The notes beneath the pieces are model-generated. The model ran no database searches. It had not been told where the DNA came from and was given only the letters and a program-made list of their open reading frames with translations. This document shows, piece after piece, positions 18,204-27,434 of a stretch of 64,000 nt of DNA. How positions within the stretch are numbered: position 1 is the stretch's first letter; every line of letters starts with the position of its first letter. The translations under genes were made by a program, and so were the position numbers. The DNA lies in assembly GCA_965200315.1 (NCBI GenBank), contig OZ241362.1:2496001-2560000 (forward strand), read 5' to 3'. Source of the stretch: Candidatus Latescibacterota bacterium (lineage in GTDB: Bacteria; Latescibacterota; UBA2968; UBA8231).

Positions 18204-19280
18204 CTATCCATATTTTTCCCGGAGACACCGCGCCGCTTCCACCTCGTTTTTGAGCTTGGTATAAACCTCGTCGATATCGACTTTCACCGCCGATCCGGGA
18301 GCGAATCCGCAGTCCGGGTTGAGCACCACCCGCTCGGGTGCCAAGTACTCCAACGCCTGTTCCACCCGCCCGACGATCGTCTCCGACTCGTCGACCTCTC
18401 CCGGATGCACCCCCACACAACCCAAGCCGATCTCCAAATCTTCGCGCAGCGCCTTAAACACCTCCGCATCCCCTGTGCCCGGACTGGTAAATTCCATAGT
18501 CAGATGGTGTACCTTCAGGCGATTGAGATAGGGGATGATCGGGCCGTAGTCGCCGGTGTGACATACCTCGCCGCGGACCCGGGCACCCGCGCGGCGGCAC
18601 AAATGCACGGCCAAGCGCACCCCGGTGGCTCCCTCCACCACCTCATTGGTCATCGCCACCGCAAAGTCGGCCTCGGCCTCGGGGTCGTCATATCCGGCTC
18701 GCACCTCGTCATCAACGAGCAGGCATAGATGCGGATCGTCGATCTGCACTATATCGGCACCGGCCTCGCACAATAGCGCCAACTCGCGGCGCAGAATCGG
18801 CACACAAGCCTCGACGAATCCATTGCGGGTCGGATAGGCTCCGCGCGATTGTTCCGCATCCCACATCCGCTCGCCCAATAGCGCCGGTGCCGGCAAGGTG
18901 GCCTTGATTTTGCGCGAGCTAACCTTCTTGAGAAATTCTATTTCCCGCGCGATAAACCCTTTTTCTTTCGGCACCAACTCGCCCGTGACGATGGTCCACG
19001 GCCTGCCGTCCGCATTCCGGCTCACCTCAAAGCCATGCGCCAATTCGGCGATTACGCCGATATACGAGGCGCGCCGCCATTCACCATCGGTGATCACGTC
19101 CAATCCCGCCGCCTCCTGCAACGCCACCGCATAGGCCACGGCCGCGTCCATCACCTTCCCCGGCCGTTCAGCGTCTGTTGGCCGCTCACCCATCACCGCC
19201 TCGCGCACGAAATCCGGTCGCGGCAGCGAGCCGACCACAGCCGCCGGAAAGAGCGTCCCGTAGTATTGGCGCGTTGACAT
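18204..19280 (-). CDS. Cobalamin-independent methionine synthase II family (catalytic-domain-only MetE-like) protein
   Basis: VVGSLPRP, GLDVITDGEWRR, zinc ligands HLC...E...PDCGF. Alternative start at 19292. Confidence 0.88.
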   Translation of the reverse strand: MSTRQYYGTLFPAAVVGSLPRPDFVREAVMGERPTDAERPGKVMDAAVAYAVALQEAAGLDVITDGEWRRASYIGVIAELAHGFEVSRNADGRPWTIVTGELVPKEKGFIAREIEFLKKVSSRKIKATLPAPALLGERMWDAEQSRGAYPTRNGFVEACVPILRRELALLCEAGADIVQIDDPHLCLLVDDEVRAGYDDPEAEADFAVAMTNEVVEGATGVRLAVHLCRRAGARVRGEVCHTGDYGPIIPYLNRLKVHHLTMEFTSPGTGDAEVFKALREDLEIGLGCVGVHPGEVDESETIVGRVEQALEYLAPERVVLNPDCGFAPGSAVKVDIDEVYTKLKNEVEAARCLREKYG

Positions 19281-19281
19281 A

Positions 19282-20040
19282 TTAGCCTCCATCTAACCAG
19301 CGCGCATTGGCTAGCGCGACGTCCTCTTCCGTGTCAATTTCCATGTACTCGCCATTGGTGGCGACCATGTGCAAGGCCGATCCTGCGTCCAGCATTTCCT
19401 CGAAAAGATGAATCAGATAAGCCTTTTCAAATGGCATGTCGTACTTCCAAGTTTGCCCGGCGTACTTTGCCTTCACCCGCTGATAATGCGCCCGCAAGGA
19501 CCGCGCCCCCGCCACACCGAACCGCGCCACGCCAATATACTCGCCGCTGGCTACTGACCCAAGCATAGCGCGGTTGATCGCCACGACCCGATCGCCCTCG
19601 GCCACGATCTTTTCGGCATCGTCTTCGGGGTGCTGGCTGCGATCTATATAGCGCGTGCGCCAATCCGTATCAACGCAGAGCGCGATATCGCCCTCGTGCT
19701 CCAGTGCTCGACGCACGACCGCAGGACGGTAGAGAATGTCGGAATAGGAACAGACAAAACCATCGGCCATATACTTCTCGGCGCAAAAGAGCGAGGCCAA
19801 GATATTGTTGTGCTGCCAGTTGGCGTTATGGCAATAAATCAGATGCGGATAGTCGGCTTGGATCTGCTCAATGCGATAGCCGCCGACAAAGACCGGTGTC
19901 TCTAGCCCGACCGCGGCCAGCGTCTCGAGCATCCAGTCGAGGATCCGCCGGCCGCCGATGCGTACATAGCATTTGGGCTGCTCGTCGGTCAGGGAGTTGA
20001 GCCGGCTGCCACGGCCGGCACCGATGATGATGGGGCGCAC
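19282..20040 (-). CDS. Phosphocholine cytidylyltransferase (LicC/PntC)-like nucleotidyltransferase
   Basis: IIIGAGRGSRL...PKC, YSDILY, GEYIG and YMEIDTEED. GTG start at 20040 follows AGGAG. Confidence 0.85.
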   Translation of the reverse strand: MRPIIIGAGRGSRLNSLTDEQPKCYVRIGGRRILDWMLETLAAVGLETPVFVGGYRIEQIQADYPHLIYCHNANWQHNNILASLFCAEKYMADGFVCSYSDILYRPAVVRRALEHEGDIALCVDTDWRTRYIDRSQHPEDDAEKIVAEGDRVVAINRAMLGSVASGEYIGVARFGVAGARSLRAHYQRVKAKYAGQTWKYDMPFEKAYLIHLFEEMLDAGSALHMVATNGEYMEIDTEEDVALANARWLDGG

Positions 20041-20083
20041 TAGCTCTCCTTTCGTTTTGACGCTTAGACTGGTAAGCACAAAA

Positions 20084-20108
20084 CGGCCTGCTGATTTCCA
20101 GCAGGCCG
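20084..20108. terminator. Hairpin downstream of the Uma2 gene
   Basis: CGGCCTGCTG-ATTTC-CAGCAGGCCG, followed by TTTT on the minus strand. Confidence 0.6.
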
Positions 20109-20130
20109 CTACGCATTCTTACTTACTGCA

Positions 20131-20682
20131 CTAGGCGAATAACGCCGCGACCGCTACCTCCCATCCCGGCACCACCTCCCCACCCTCCAACACATCGCCT
20201 TCTCGCAATACATCCACAGCACCCGCAGTCCGATGCACCGCCACCGTCCGCTGCTGCGGCTCGACGACAACCACCATCTGCGTCCCTGCCGCCAACCAAT
20301 CGGCTACCTTTTCCGCGACCTCCCCGTAGCGGTCCCCCGGCGAGACCACCTCCACCACCAAATCGGGCGCTCCCGGCCAATAGCCCTCCACTGCGCCAAC
20401 CGCATCCAGCCGCGCTTGGCACACGAAAGCTGCATCCGGTGCCCGCACAGTGTCCGGGTGAGACGCCAACCGGAACCCGGTTTCTGCCGCATAGACCGCT
20501 CCCAAGCCATGAGCTTCCACGTGTTGGGCCAAGCGCCAAGCGCTGCGCATCGCGATCTTTCCGTGTTCATTCCCCGCAGGCGTCATCTTGCGCACCTCCC
20601 CGCGCACTAGTTCGTAGCGAAACCCGTCGTCCGGTAGTCGTGCCAAATCCGCTGCCGTGGCAATATGTTCGACAATGGTCAT
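20131..20682 (-). CDS. Uma2 (DUF820) family putative endonuclease
   Basis: RYELVRGEV, AETGFRL, VRAPDAAF, APDLVVEVVSPGD and KVADWLAAG. Confidence 0.92.
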   Translation of the reverse strand: MTIVEHIATAADLARLPDDGFRYELVRGEVRKMTPAGNEHGKIAMRSAWRLAQHVEAHGLGAVYAAETGFRLASHPDTVRAPDAAFVCQARLDAVGAVEGYWPGAPDLVVEVVSPGDRYGEVAEKVADWLAAGTQMVVVVEPQQRTVAVHRTAGAVDVLREGDVLEGGEVVPGWEVAVAALFA

Positions 20683-20861
20683 GGGTTATCGTCTTCGCCC
20701 CCTTGAGCTTCAATCCGAGTCGCTAGCCAATCCATCGGGTCTGTCACCCCGTCCAGCGTCCCAAGAGCGATCTGCGCCAAAATTTCTTTGCACGGCTCTT
20801 TGTAAGGACTACTTTCACCAGCGGCATACATAGGTATATTCGCATCTATAAGAACCTTCAC
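20679..20861 (-). pseudogene. vapC: Truncated VapC PIN-domain toxin
   Basis: MKVLIDANIPMYAAG..PYKEPC is a PIN N-terminus. Similarity ends at about GVTD, giving only 60 aa. Confidence 0.7.
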
Positions 20862-21103
20862 GCCTGTGCTCCCGCAATGATTTCGCGCTCCATAAGGGAC
20901 CGCTCTCCAACTGGGGCTTCAAGAGCGTATAAACGCTCCACTGCTATCAATTTCTCGTCGCTAGAGGTGATGTTGTACTGCTCCTGCACGGCTTTGCGGA
21001 TCAAAGTCCCCACTGAAGCGCATTCGCGCTCGGCGACTTCTGCCAGATAAACAGCCATCTCCTCCTAAAACAACACTTCAACACGCCGGGTCAATTGGAA
21101 CAT
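20858..21103 (-). pseudogene. RHH/CopG-type antitoxin (VapB-like) with in-frame TAG
   Basis: MFQLTRRVEVLF*EEMAVYLAEVAERECASVGTLIRKAV; its stop overlaps the vapC start. Confidence 0.65.
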
Positions 21104-21225
21104 AAGTTCCTCCAGATATACTTGTAGATGCAGAATATATCCGCCGCCTTTTGCTGCCACAACCTCAAGTGGAGAGCATCTCCCTAGCACCTTATATTGA
21201 ACTCTTACATATAGAAAGGATGAAT

Positions 21226-22497
21226 ATGTCCGCAAAAATGCCCCTCGCCATCGTCGGCTGCGGCGGCATGGGCCACCGCCACCTCTACGGCCTCGCCGAG
21301 CTGCAAAGCACCGGCCTGTCGCCCTTTGAACTGGTGGGTGCTTGCGACCCCAATCTCGACAATGCCCACTCGCTCGCCGACCAAGCCGAAGAGCGGCTGG
21401 GCACGCGCCCCCAGCCCGTCAAAGACCTCGCTGAGCTGGCTTCCGTCGCCCCGGTCCAAGCCGTCGATATCACCACCCTACCGGCCCATCACCACACCGT
21501 GGCGATCGAGGCTATGGAGCGCGGCTGGCACGCGATGTGCGAAAAACCTATGGGGCTTACCGCCCGCGCCTGCCAGCAAATGATCGCCAAGGCCCAAGAG
21601 ACCGGTTGCGTCCTCTCGGTAGCCGAAAATTACCGCCGCGACCCAGTAAACCGCCTTGCCAAATCCCTGATCGACGCCGGGGTCATTGGGCGTCCGCGCC
21701 TGATGCAGCAAATTGCCATAGGCGGAGGCGACGGCATGCTCATTTCAGTGTGGCGGCACCAAAAGAACGCCAGCGGCGTCCTCCTCGACGTGGGCGTTCA
21801 CTTCGCCGACATCATGGAATACTTCCTCGGTGAGGCTGATACGGCCTACGCGCAGACGCGCCTGCACGAACCGATCCGCAAAAACCCCGTAGCCGGTCGC
21901 ACCGACACCAGCAGCGGCTCGCCAGGTGGCGTCTACGAACGCTGGCAAAAAGACATGCCGGCCGAGTTTGAGGCCACCGCGGACGACGCGGCCTACGCCA
22001 CCATCCTCTTCAAAAGCGGCGCGGTCGCCCAGTACATTGAAGACCACGCGGCGCACGGCCAAAACCTGCGGCGGCGCTCCATCCACGGCAGCCTCGGCTC
22101 GCTGGAACTGCCCGGCGACCGCTCGGGCGACCGCCTCACACTCCACCTCGCCGGCACTGACCCCATAGACGACCAAGCTCTCCTCGACTTAGTGCCCGAT
22201 CACCGCCTCGACGAAGTCACGGCCGCGCTCTTTGGCGGCGACCGGCTCTTCGAGTACCATTTTCCCTTTCCCGAGACCGACTGCAAGCTAATCGCCGTCG
22301 AATACCACGAGCTCGGCACCTGTATCCAACAGGGGCGACAGCCCGAAGTCGATGCCCGGCAAGGTGCGCGCTCTGTGGGCCTGTCCTACAGCCTGCTGGA
22401 GTCGCAAGTCGCCGGCCGTGCGCTCTCCGTCGATGCGGTCTGCGACGACCAGATCAGTGCCTACCAAGCCGAGATCAACGAGCATCTGAGGCTATAG
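21226..22497 (+). CDS. Gfo/Idh/MocA family oxidoreductase
   Basis: AIVGCGGMG, MCEKPMG, VAENYR and LLDVGVHFAD. Confidence 0.9.
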   Translation: MSAKMPLAIVGCGGMGHRHLYGLAELQSTGLSPFELVGACDPNLDNAHSLADQAEERLGTRPQPVKDLAELASVAPVQAVDITTLPAHHHTVAIEAMERGWHAMCEKPMGLTARACQQMIAKAQETGCVLSVAENYRRDPVNRLAKSLIDAGVIGRPRLMQQIAIGGGDGMLISVWRHQKNASGVLLDVGVHFADIMEYFLGEADTAYAQTRLHEPIRKNPVAGRTDTSSGSPGGVYERWQKDMPAEFEATADDAAYATILFKSGAVAQYIEDHAAHGQNLRRRSIHGSLGSLELPGDRSGDRLTLHLAGTDPIDDQALLDLVPDHRLDEVTAALFGGDRLFEYHFPFPETDCKLIAVEYHELGTCIQQGRQPEVDARQGARSVGLSYSLLESQVAGRALSVDAVCDDQISAYQAEINEHLRL

Positions 22498-23298
22498 ATG
22501 GCCGCTATCCTCTGCCCTCGCTGCCACAAGATAGTCAGTGCCGACGCCTCAACCTGCCCCCATTGTGGCCAGCGCAAACCCGGGCTGTGGGGCGCGACGG
22601 CCACCATGCGCAGGCTCGGCTTACAGTTGAATTTCCCGCACTTAATCACCGTGTTTTGCGGTGTGCTCTACCTGCTCGCGTTGGCCTTGGATCCATCGGC
22701 GATTTTCCAGACGCAGGGCCTGATGCAGATTCTCTCGCCCAGCATCCAAGCCAGCTTCAAACTCGGCGTTACCGGCACCGTACCCATTTTCGCCTACAAA
22801 TTCTGGTGGACGCCGATCACCGCCATCTACCTGCACGGCGGCCTGCTGCACATCTTCTTCAACATGATGTGGGTGCGCCAGCTTGGCCCGGTCGTAGAAG
22901 AGCTCTTCGGCCCCTTTCGCCTCTTTGCGATCTTCACGATCGCCGGCATTACCGGCTTTATCGCCTCAACCCTAGCCGGCCACGAACTCACGCTGGGGGC
23001 CTCCGGCTCGATCTTCGGCCTCTTGGCCGCGGCCATTGCCTACGGCCGGCGCGCCGGTTCCCAGCTTTTTACCCGACAATTTCTCCAGTGGGCGGCCTTG
23101 CTCTTCATCATGGGCTTTGTAATGCCCGGCGTCGATAACTGGGCGCACGGCGGCGGCTTCGTCGGCGGTTACGCAGCGGCTTATGTCTTCAGCCGCAGCT
23201 CGGAGCGCGAGGGCTTGGGGGCTTATCTGGCCGGTGGTTTGTGCCTGCTGGCCACAGTCGGCGCGTTCGCCTTGCAATTTATCGCCGTGTTTTTGTAG
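22498..23298 (+). CDS. Rhomboid intramembrane serine protease with N-terminal zinc ribbon
   Basis: CPRC...CPHC, LHGGLLHIFFNM, GASG and DNWAHGGG. Confidence 0.92.
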   Translation: MAAILCPRCHKIVSADASTCPHCGQRKPGLWGATATMRRLGLQLNFPHLITVFCGVLYLLALALDPSAIFQTQGLMQILSPSIQASFKLGVTGTVPIFAYKFWWTPITAIYLHGGLLHIFFNMMWVRQLGPVVEELFGPFRLFAIFTIAGITGFIASTLAGHELTLGASGSIFGLLAAAIAYGRRAGSQLFTRQFLQWAALLFIMGFVMPGVDNWAHGGGFVGGYAAAYVFSRSSEREGLGAYLAGGLCLLATVGAFALQFIAVFL

Positions 23299-23306
23299 CC
23301 CGCTTC

Positions 23307-23951
23307 ATGCCCGACGAACTCATCGCACTCTTCGATGGCCAGGGACAATCCATAGGCAGCAAAAGTCGCACCGCCGCCTACCGCGACGGCGACCGCGTCG
23401 GCTTGGTCTTCGTCTGGGCGGCTTGGCGCACGTCCTCCGGCGTCGCCCGCACTCTATTGCAGATCCGCTCGCGCCCCGGCGATCCCTACCTCGGCAGCCT
23501 CGACGCTCCAGCCGGCGGCCACATCCGGGCCGGCGAAACGCCTGCGGCAGCGGCGCACCGCGAATTCGCCGAAGAGGTGGGCATCGCCCTGACACCCGCC
23601 GAGTTGGTCTTCCTCGGCCAGCAACCCCTCCAAGGCACTGGGCACTCCGCCATGCAGTTTTTCTACCTCTGCACACGGCCTATCTCATTGGAAGAAACCG
23701 TATTCAACGAAGAAGTGGGGGCCTTCGTCGAGGTCGGGCTCGACGATTTCGACTCCTTGGTCTACGGACGAACTGCGTCGATCCAAGGTCAGGCCCGCTA
23801 CAAAGAGACACCAAACGAAACAAGGCCACGGGAAATTACGCCCGCAGCCTTTGCCGCCTATTCCGCGCCGATCATGGATGCCATTCGCCGCTCGGCTAGC
23901 GCGGTCCGCACCTATCTCGATACCGGACAAATAAACGCGACTATCTGCTGA
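23307..23951 (+). CDS. Nudix hydrolase (IDI-like)
   Basis: LLQIRS and AGGHIRAGETPAAAAHREFAEEVG. Confidence 0.85.
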   Translation: MPDELIALFDGQGQSIGSKSRTAAYRDGDRVGLVFVWAAWRTSSGVARTLLQIRSRPGDPYLGSLDAPAGGHIRAGETPAAAAHREFAEEVGIALTPAELVFLGQQPLQGTGHSAMQFFYLCTRPISLEETVFNEEVGAFVEVGLDDFDSLVYGRTASIQGQARYKETPNETRPREITPAAFAAYSAPIMDAIRRSASAVRTYLDTGQINATIC

Positions 23952-25374
23952 TGTAGCGCTCCAGATGCGCCAGCGCCCGGCCGCTGTCGATGGCCTCCCG
24001 AGCCTCGGCCAACCCCTCCTCAGCACTCGCACTTAGGCCCAGATAATAGTCGGCCAAGCTCGCGTTGAATACTATGCGGTCGTAAACAGGTCCCCGTTCG
24101 CCCCTGAGTGCCGCCACGCCCATAGCGGCAAAAGCCCGCCCACTCACCTCCGCCGGACGCGGGCTTTGCTGGTAGCAAAAGCCGTACTCCCGCGGATCCA
24201 CATCGCAAGCTACTGTCTCCAATCGGTTCCCAACCCGGCGGAATCCCTGCACGTAGTTGACGGCCTTGCGCCGAGCGTCCGAGGGCTTGCCCAAGCGCAG
24301 TCCGCAATGGCTGCTCCCTTCCTCGCCCTTGATCGCCAGCCCGGCCTCCAAGCCGCGTTCCTGCATCAGCCCCAACAGCTTGTCTTCGTAGCCGGCGTGG
24401 TAAAAACCCGCGATCATGCCGTTCCAAGCCGCACCAGAAAACAATTGCTGGGCCTTCTCGGTGGTGGCCCAAGGCGGGCGTTTGGCGATGTGAGCGCGCA
24501 AATGGCGCAATGCGTACGCACGGGGGGCGTACTCGCGCTGACTCACGTATGCGAACCCAACGGCCGGGTCTTCGATGCAACGGGCCGCCGTCGCCAGCGA
24601 CAGATCGACTCGCGCACCCAAAGCCGCTAGCACCCCTTCCTCGGTAACACCGCGCTTGGGCGGCATTTCGGCGACGCCGTGTAGCACGGTCGCCCGGCCC
24701 AAGGCCGCACGCACGGCCGCAACAAAGAGCGTTGGGCGGAAATAGCGCGCTGCACCGTCAAAAGGCTGGCCAAAATGCGTTAGCCTCTCCACTTGCAGCG
24801 CGGACACCTCCTCGGCGGGAAGCACGACGTCGAGATGAGCGCGAATTTCTTCCTTATTTTCGATGTTCATCCGCTGGCCGATCAAGAACGCGGCCATCAG
24901 CGAGGGGCGCACCGCACCCGCTAGCATGGCCCCGAGCGCACCGCGCACTTCCTCGTAGCCCAAGTGCCCGCCCTGCAAAACTGGGCGCAGAGCCGCAACC
25001 ACTCGCGCTTCGCCTGCGCCGCAAGAGGCTAAATCAGGTGCCATCCCCAACAAGAAGCGCAAATCCTCGGGCATCTGGCTGAGCGCATCCCCATAGCGGT
25101 CAAACGCCTCGACCTCGGCCGCGCTCCAACCGGTCTGTGTACCAAAGGTGCGGCGGATGGACATCGCCGCGAAAAATGCGCCCATCTGGGCTGGAGAAAC
25201 CTGCTCTGCGTGGGGCAAGGCCCCCTTGAGCGAGGCGAAAATCAGTTCGAGGATCCGCCCAGGATTTGGGTCGCCCTCTTTTTTCCCCAGCGGGCGGCTC
25301 TGGTGCGGCCCGGTACAGACGCGCATCTGTGCGGCGAGCACCTCCTCGTTGGGGCCGGGGTAGGGATCGGACAT
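23941..25374 (-). CDS. Anthranilate phosphoribosyltransferase-like (glycosyltransferase family 3, YbiB-type) protein
   Basis: AQMGAFF, HFGQPFDG, LHGVAEMPPKRGVT, IAKRPPWATTEK, KGEEGS and AREAIDSGRA. Lacks the canonical TrpD GTGGD motif. Confidence 0.75.
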   Translation of the reverse strand: MSDPYPGPNEEVLAAQMRVCTGPHQSRPLGKKEGDPNPGRILELIFASLKGALPHAEQVSPAQMGAFFAAMSIRRTFGTQTGWSAAEVEAFDRYGDALSQMPEDLRFLLGMAPDLASCGAGEARVVAALRPVLQGGHLGYEEVRGALGAMLAGAVRPSLMAAFLIGQRMNIENKEEIRAHLDVVLPAEEVSALQVERLTHFGQPFDGAARYFRPTLFVAAVRAALGRATVLHGVAEMPPKRGVTEEGVLAALGARVDLSLATAARCIEDPAVGFAYVSQREYAPRAYALRHLRAHIAKRPPWATTEKAQQLFSGAAWNGMIAGFYHAGYEDKLLGLMQERGLEAGLAIKGEEGSSHCGLRLGKPSDARRKAVNYVQGFRRVGNRLETVACDVDPREYGFCYQQSPRPAEVSGRAFAAMGVAALRGERGPVYDRIVFNASLADYYLGLSASAEEGLAEAREAIDSGRALAHLERYISR

Positions 25375-25513
25375 GGTTTAGGCTCCTGTTTGAGTCGAAA
25401 GGAGAGAGAAACTACCGTGCTTCAACGCAATCGTTCGGGAATGGCAAGGAACATGTTCGGTCATCGAGGCTGACATGCTCGGCAATTTTGGAAATTATTC
25501 CATATATTTATTT

Positions 25514-25551
25514 ATTATGATAATTTGTGTTATTGATTATGATAATTTGTG
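25514..25551. promoter_or_regulatory. 16-bp direct repeat in AT-rich divergent promoter region
   Basis: ATTATGATAATTTGTG at 25514-25529 and 25536-25551 (22-bp period). Confidence 0.5.
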
Positions 25552-25633
25552 GCGATCAGCATCCGGCCTATAAGCATATAAGCACGTTCACCGCAAAGAC
25601 AGAGTTTTTCTTTTTTAAAGAAAGAGAGCCTCC

Positions 25634-25864
25634 ATGAGTCTTGTGCGATTTATCCGATTAGCATTACACAGCCCCAAAGTTACAACTCGTACCGAGGAGG
25701 ACAGACGCCTAGCCGATAGGCGCATCGTTAGCCGCCTATCGAGTGGCAACATTCGCTTACAGCGCGGCGAGTATGTCACGCGAGAAGACATTGAGGAAGA
25801 ATATGAGCGCGTCAAGTCCTTCAATTTCGATGGAGGATGTACGAGGCCGCAGAGGCGGGAATAA
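25634..25864 (+). CDS. Small hypothetical protein
   Basis: 76-aa ORF after a purine-rich RBS; overlaps the next ORF. Confidence 0.5.
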   Translation: MSLVRFIRLALHSPKVTTRTEEDRRLADRRIVSRLSSGNIRLQRGEYVTREDIEEEYERVKSFNFDGGCTRPQRRE

Positions 25865-26208
25865 TCTCGGTGCTAGATTCGATAAATCAATTCCGAAAGG
25901 ACTACAAGAATATCGTCGTCAAAGATGTAGTGGATGACTATGCCAGCATTCTCGTACAGGCCCGAAAAGCGCAAGACCTGCTCGCTCGTGGGCGGTCAGA
26001 TCAAATGTCGTCGTCCGAGCGGGCTTCCTGTTACATGGAAACGTTTCGACAACTGCGCGACGCCAGCGAAATGCTCGAAGCTAGTCGCGACGACCTCAAC
26101 GCCAAACAGTCCAAACAAGCGCAAGACAACAGGCGGTTCATTGTCCGCTGCCTGCTGATTCTACTCGGAGTTGTCGTTGCGGCGGCAGGTATAGCGATCA
26201 GCATGTAA
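25837..26208 (+). CDS. Hypothetical helical protein with C-terminal transmembrane anchor
   Basis: 123 aa, coiled-coil-like, with hydrophobic tail FIVRCLLILLGVVVAAAGIAISM. May be N-truncated. Confidence 0.55.
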   Translation: MYEAAEAGIISVLDSINQFRKDYKNIVVKDVVDDYASILVQARKAQDLLARGRSDQMSSSERASCYMETFRQLRDASEMLEASRDDLNAKQSKQAQDNRRFIVRCLLILLGVVVAAAGIAISM

Positions 26209-26276
26209 ACGGTCATAACGGCCGGTGGCCAATTCCCATCTCAGAAACCTACTCTCTCCTTATTCCCGAGGAAACC

Positions 26277-26684
26277 ATGCGCTACCTATCCCTTCTGTTC
26301 CTCGTCGCCATCGCGGCTTGTGGTTCGCCCGACCCGGCCCCTCCGGCGCTGATTGACTACATCGCGGCCCAAGAAGCCTTGGCCGACGACGATCTGGACC
26401 GGGCGCAAAAAGCACTGCAAGGCTTGGTGCAAAATGCCAGCCCAACGCTCAAGCCGCTGGCGGAAAAAGCCGCAAGCGCCGCCGACCTCGTCGCAGTGCG
26501 CACGGCGTTCAAGCCGTTGTCCGAGGAAGTGATGAAAAACCCTATACCCGAAGGCTACGTCGTGGCGTACTGCCCAATGGCCGATGGCGACAGGGGAGCG
26601 CACTGGGTGCAGAAAGACCAGCCCCAAATCGCCAATCCCTACTTCGGCTCTTCCATGCTCCGCTGCGGGGTATTCAAGGAGTAG
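26277..26684 (+). CDS. DUF3347-type lipoprotein
   Basis: Lipobox IAAC, YCPMA...GAHW and IANPYFGSSMLRCG. Confidence 0.85.
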   Translation: MRYLSLLFLVAIAACGSPDPAPPALIDYIAAQEALADDDLDRAQKALQGLVQNASPTLKPLAEKAASAADLVAVRTAFKPLSEEVMKNPIPEGYVVAYCPMADGDRGAHWVQKDQPQIANPYFGSSMLRCGVFKE

Positions 26685-26696
26685 CGGCATCCGCAC

Positions 26697-27434
26697 ATGA
26701 TCCGCGTAGAATCCGCTACTCGCCGCTACGGCTTTTTGACCGCGGTTGACGAAGTCAGCTTCGCCGTCGACCAAGGCGAGATCGTCGGCTTCGTCGGCCC
26801 CAATGGTGCTGGCAAGAGCACCATGCTCAAGATGCTCTCCACCTTTATCCACCCCACAGCCGGCACCATCGCCATCGACGGGCTCGACGTGGTGGAGCAT
26901 CCGCTCGCCGTGCGCCGCCGCATCGGCTACCTATCGGGCGACACCCCGCTCTACCAAGAGATGCGCGTCGATAAGTTCCTCCGCTTCATCGCCCGGGCCC
27001 GCGGCCTTGAAGGCGACGCCTTGCAGCAGGGCTTGGCGCGTGCGGTCGCGCTCTGCGGGCTCGAAGACGTGCTCACCCAGCGCGTCAAGGAGTGCTCCAC
27101 CGGGTTCCGCCAGCGCATCGGCCTAGCTACCGCCATGGTCCACGATCCGCCGGTGTTGCTCCTCGACGAGCCAACTCACGGCTTCGACCCCTTGCAGGTG
27201 CTGGCTTTCCGCGACACCTTGCGCACGCTCAGCTCGGGCCGAGCGATCCTCTTTAGCACCCACATCATCGGCGATGTCGAAGCCATTGCCGACCGCGTGT
27301 TGATCATCCACCAAGGGCGTCTGCTCGGCGATGGCCGAGTCGAACAGTTGGCCGCAGACGCCGGCATCCCTGGGGCTGGTCTCGAAGCGGTCTTCGCCCA
27401 CCTAGTCCGCACCACAACCCCTGCCCATGTCTGA
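26697..27434 (+). CDS. ABC transporter ATP-binding protein (GldA-like)
   Basis: Walker A GPNGAGKST, degenerate signature CSTGFRQR, LLDEPT and STH. Confidence 0.92.
   Translation: MIRVESATRRYGFLTAVDEVSFAVDQGEIVGFVGPNGAGKSTMLKMLSTFIHPTAGTIAIDGLDVVEHPLAVRRRIGYLSGDTPLYQEMRVDKFLRFIARARGLEGDALQQGLARAVALCGLEDVLTQRVKECSTGFRQRIGLATAMVHDPPVLLLDEPTHGFDPLQVLAFRDTLRTLSSGRAILFSTHIIGDVEAIADRVLIIHQGRLLGDGRVEQLAADAGIPGAGLEAVFAHLVRTTTPAHV

Noticed and set aside
25375-25480. Trp attenuator upstream of the TrpD-like gene
   Set aside because: The short upstream ORF has no Trp codons and no terminator/antiterminator pair is evident.
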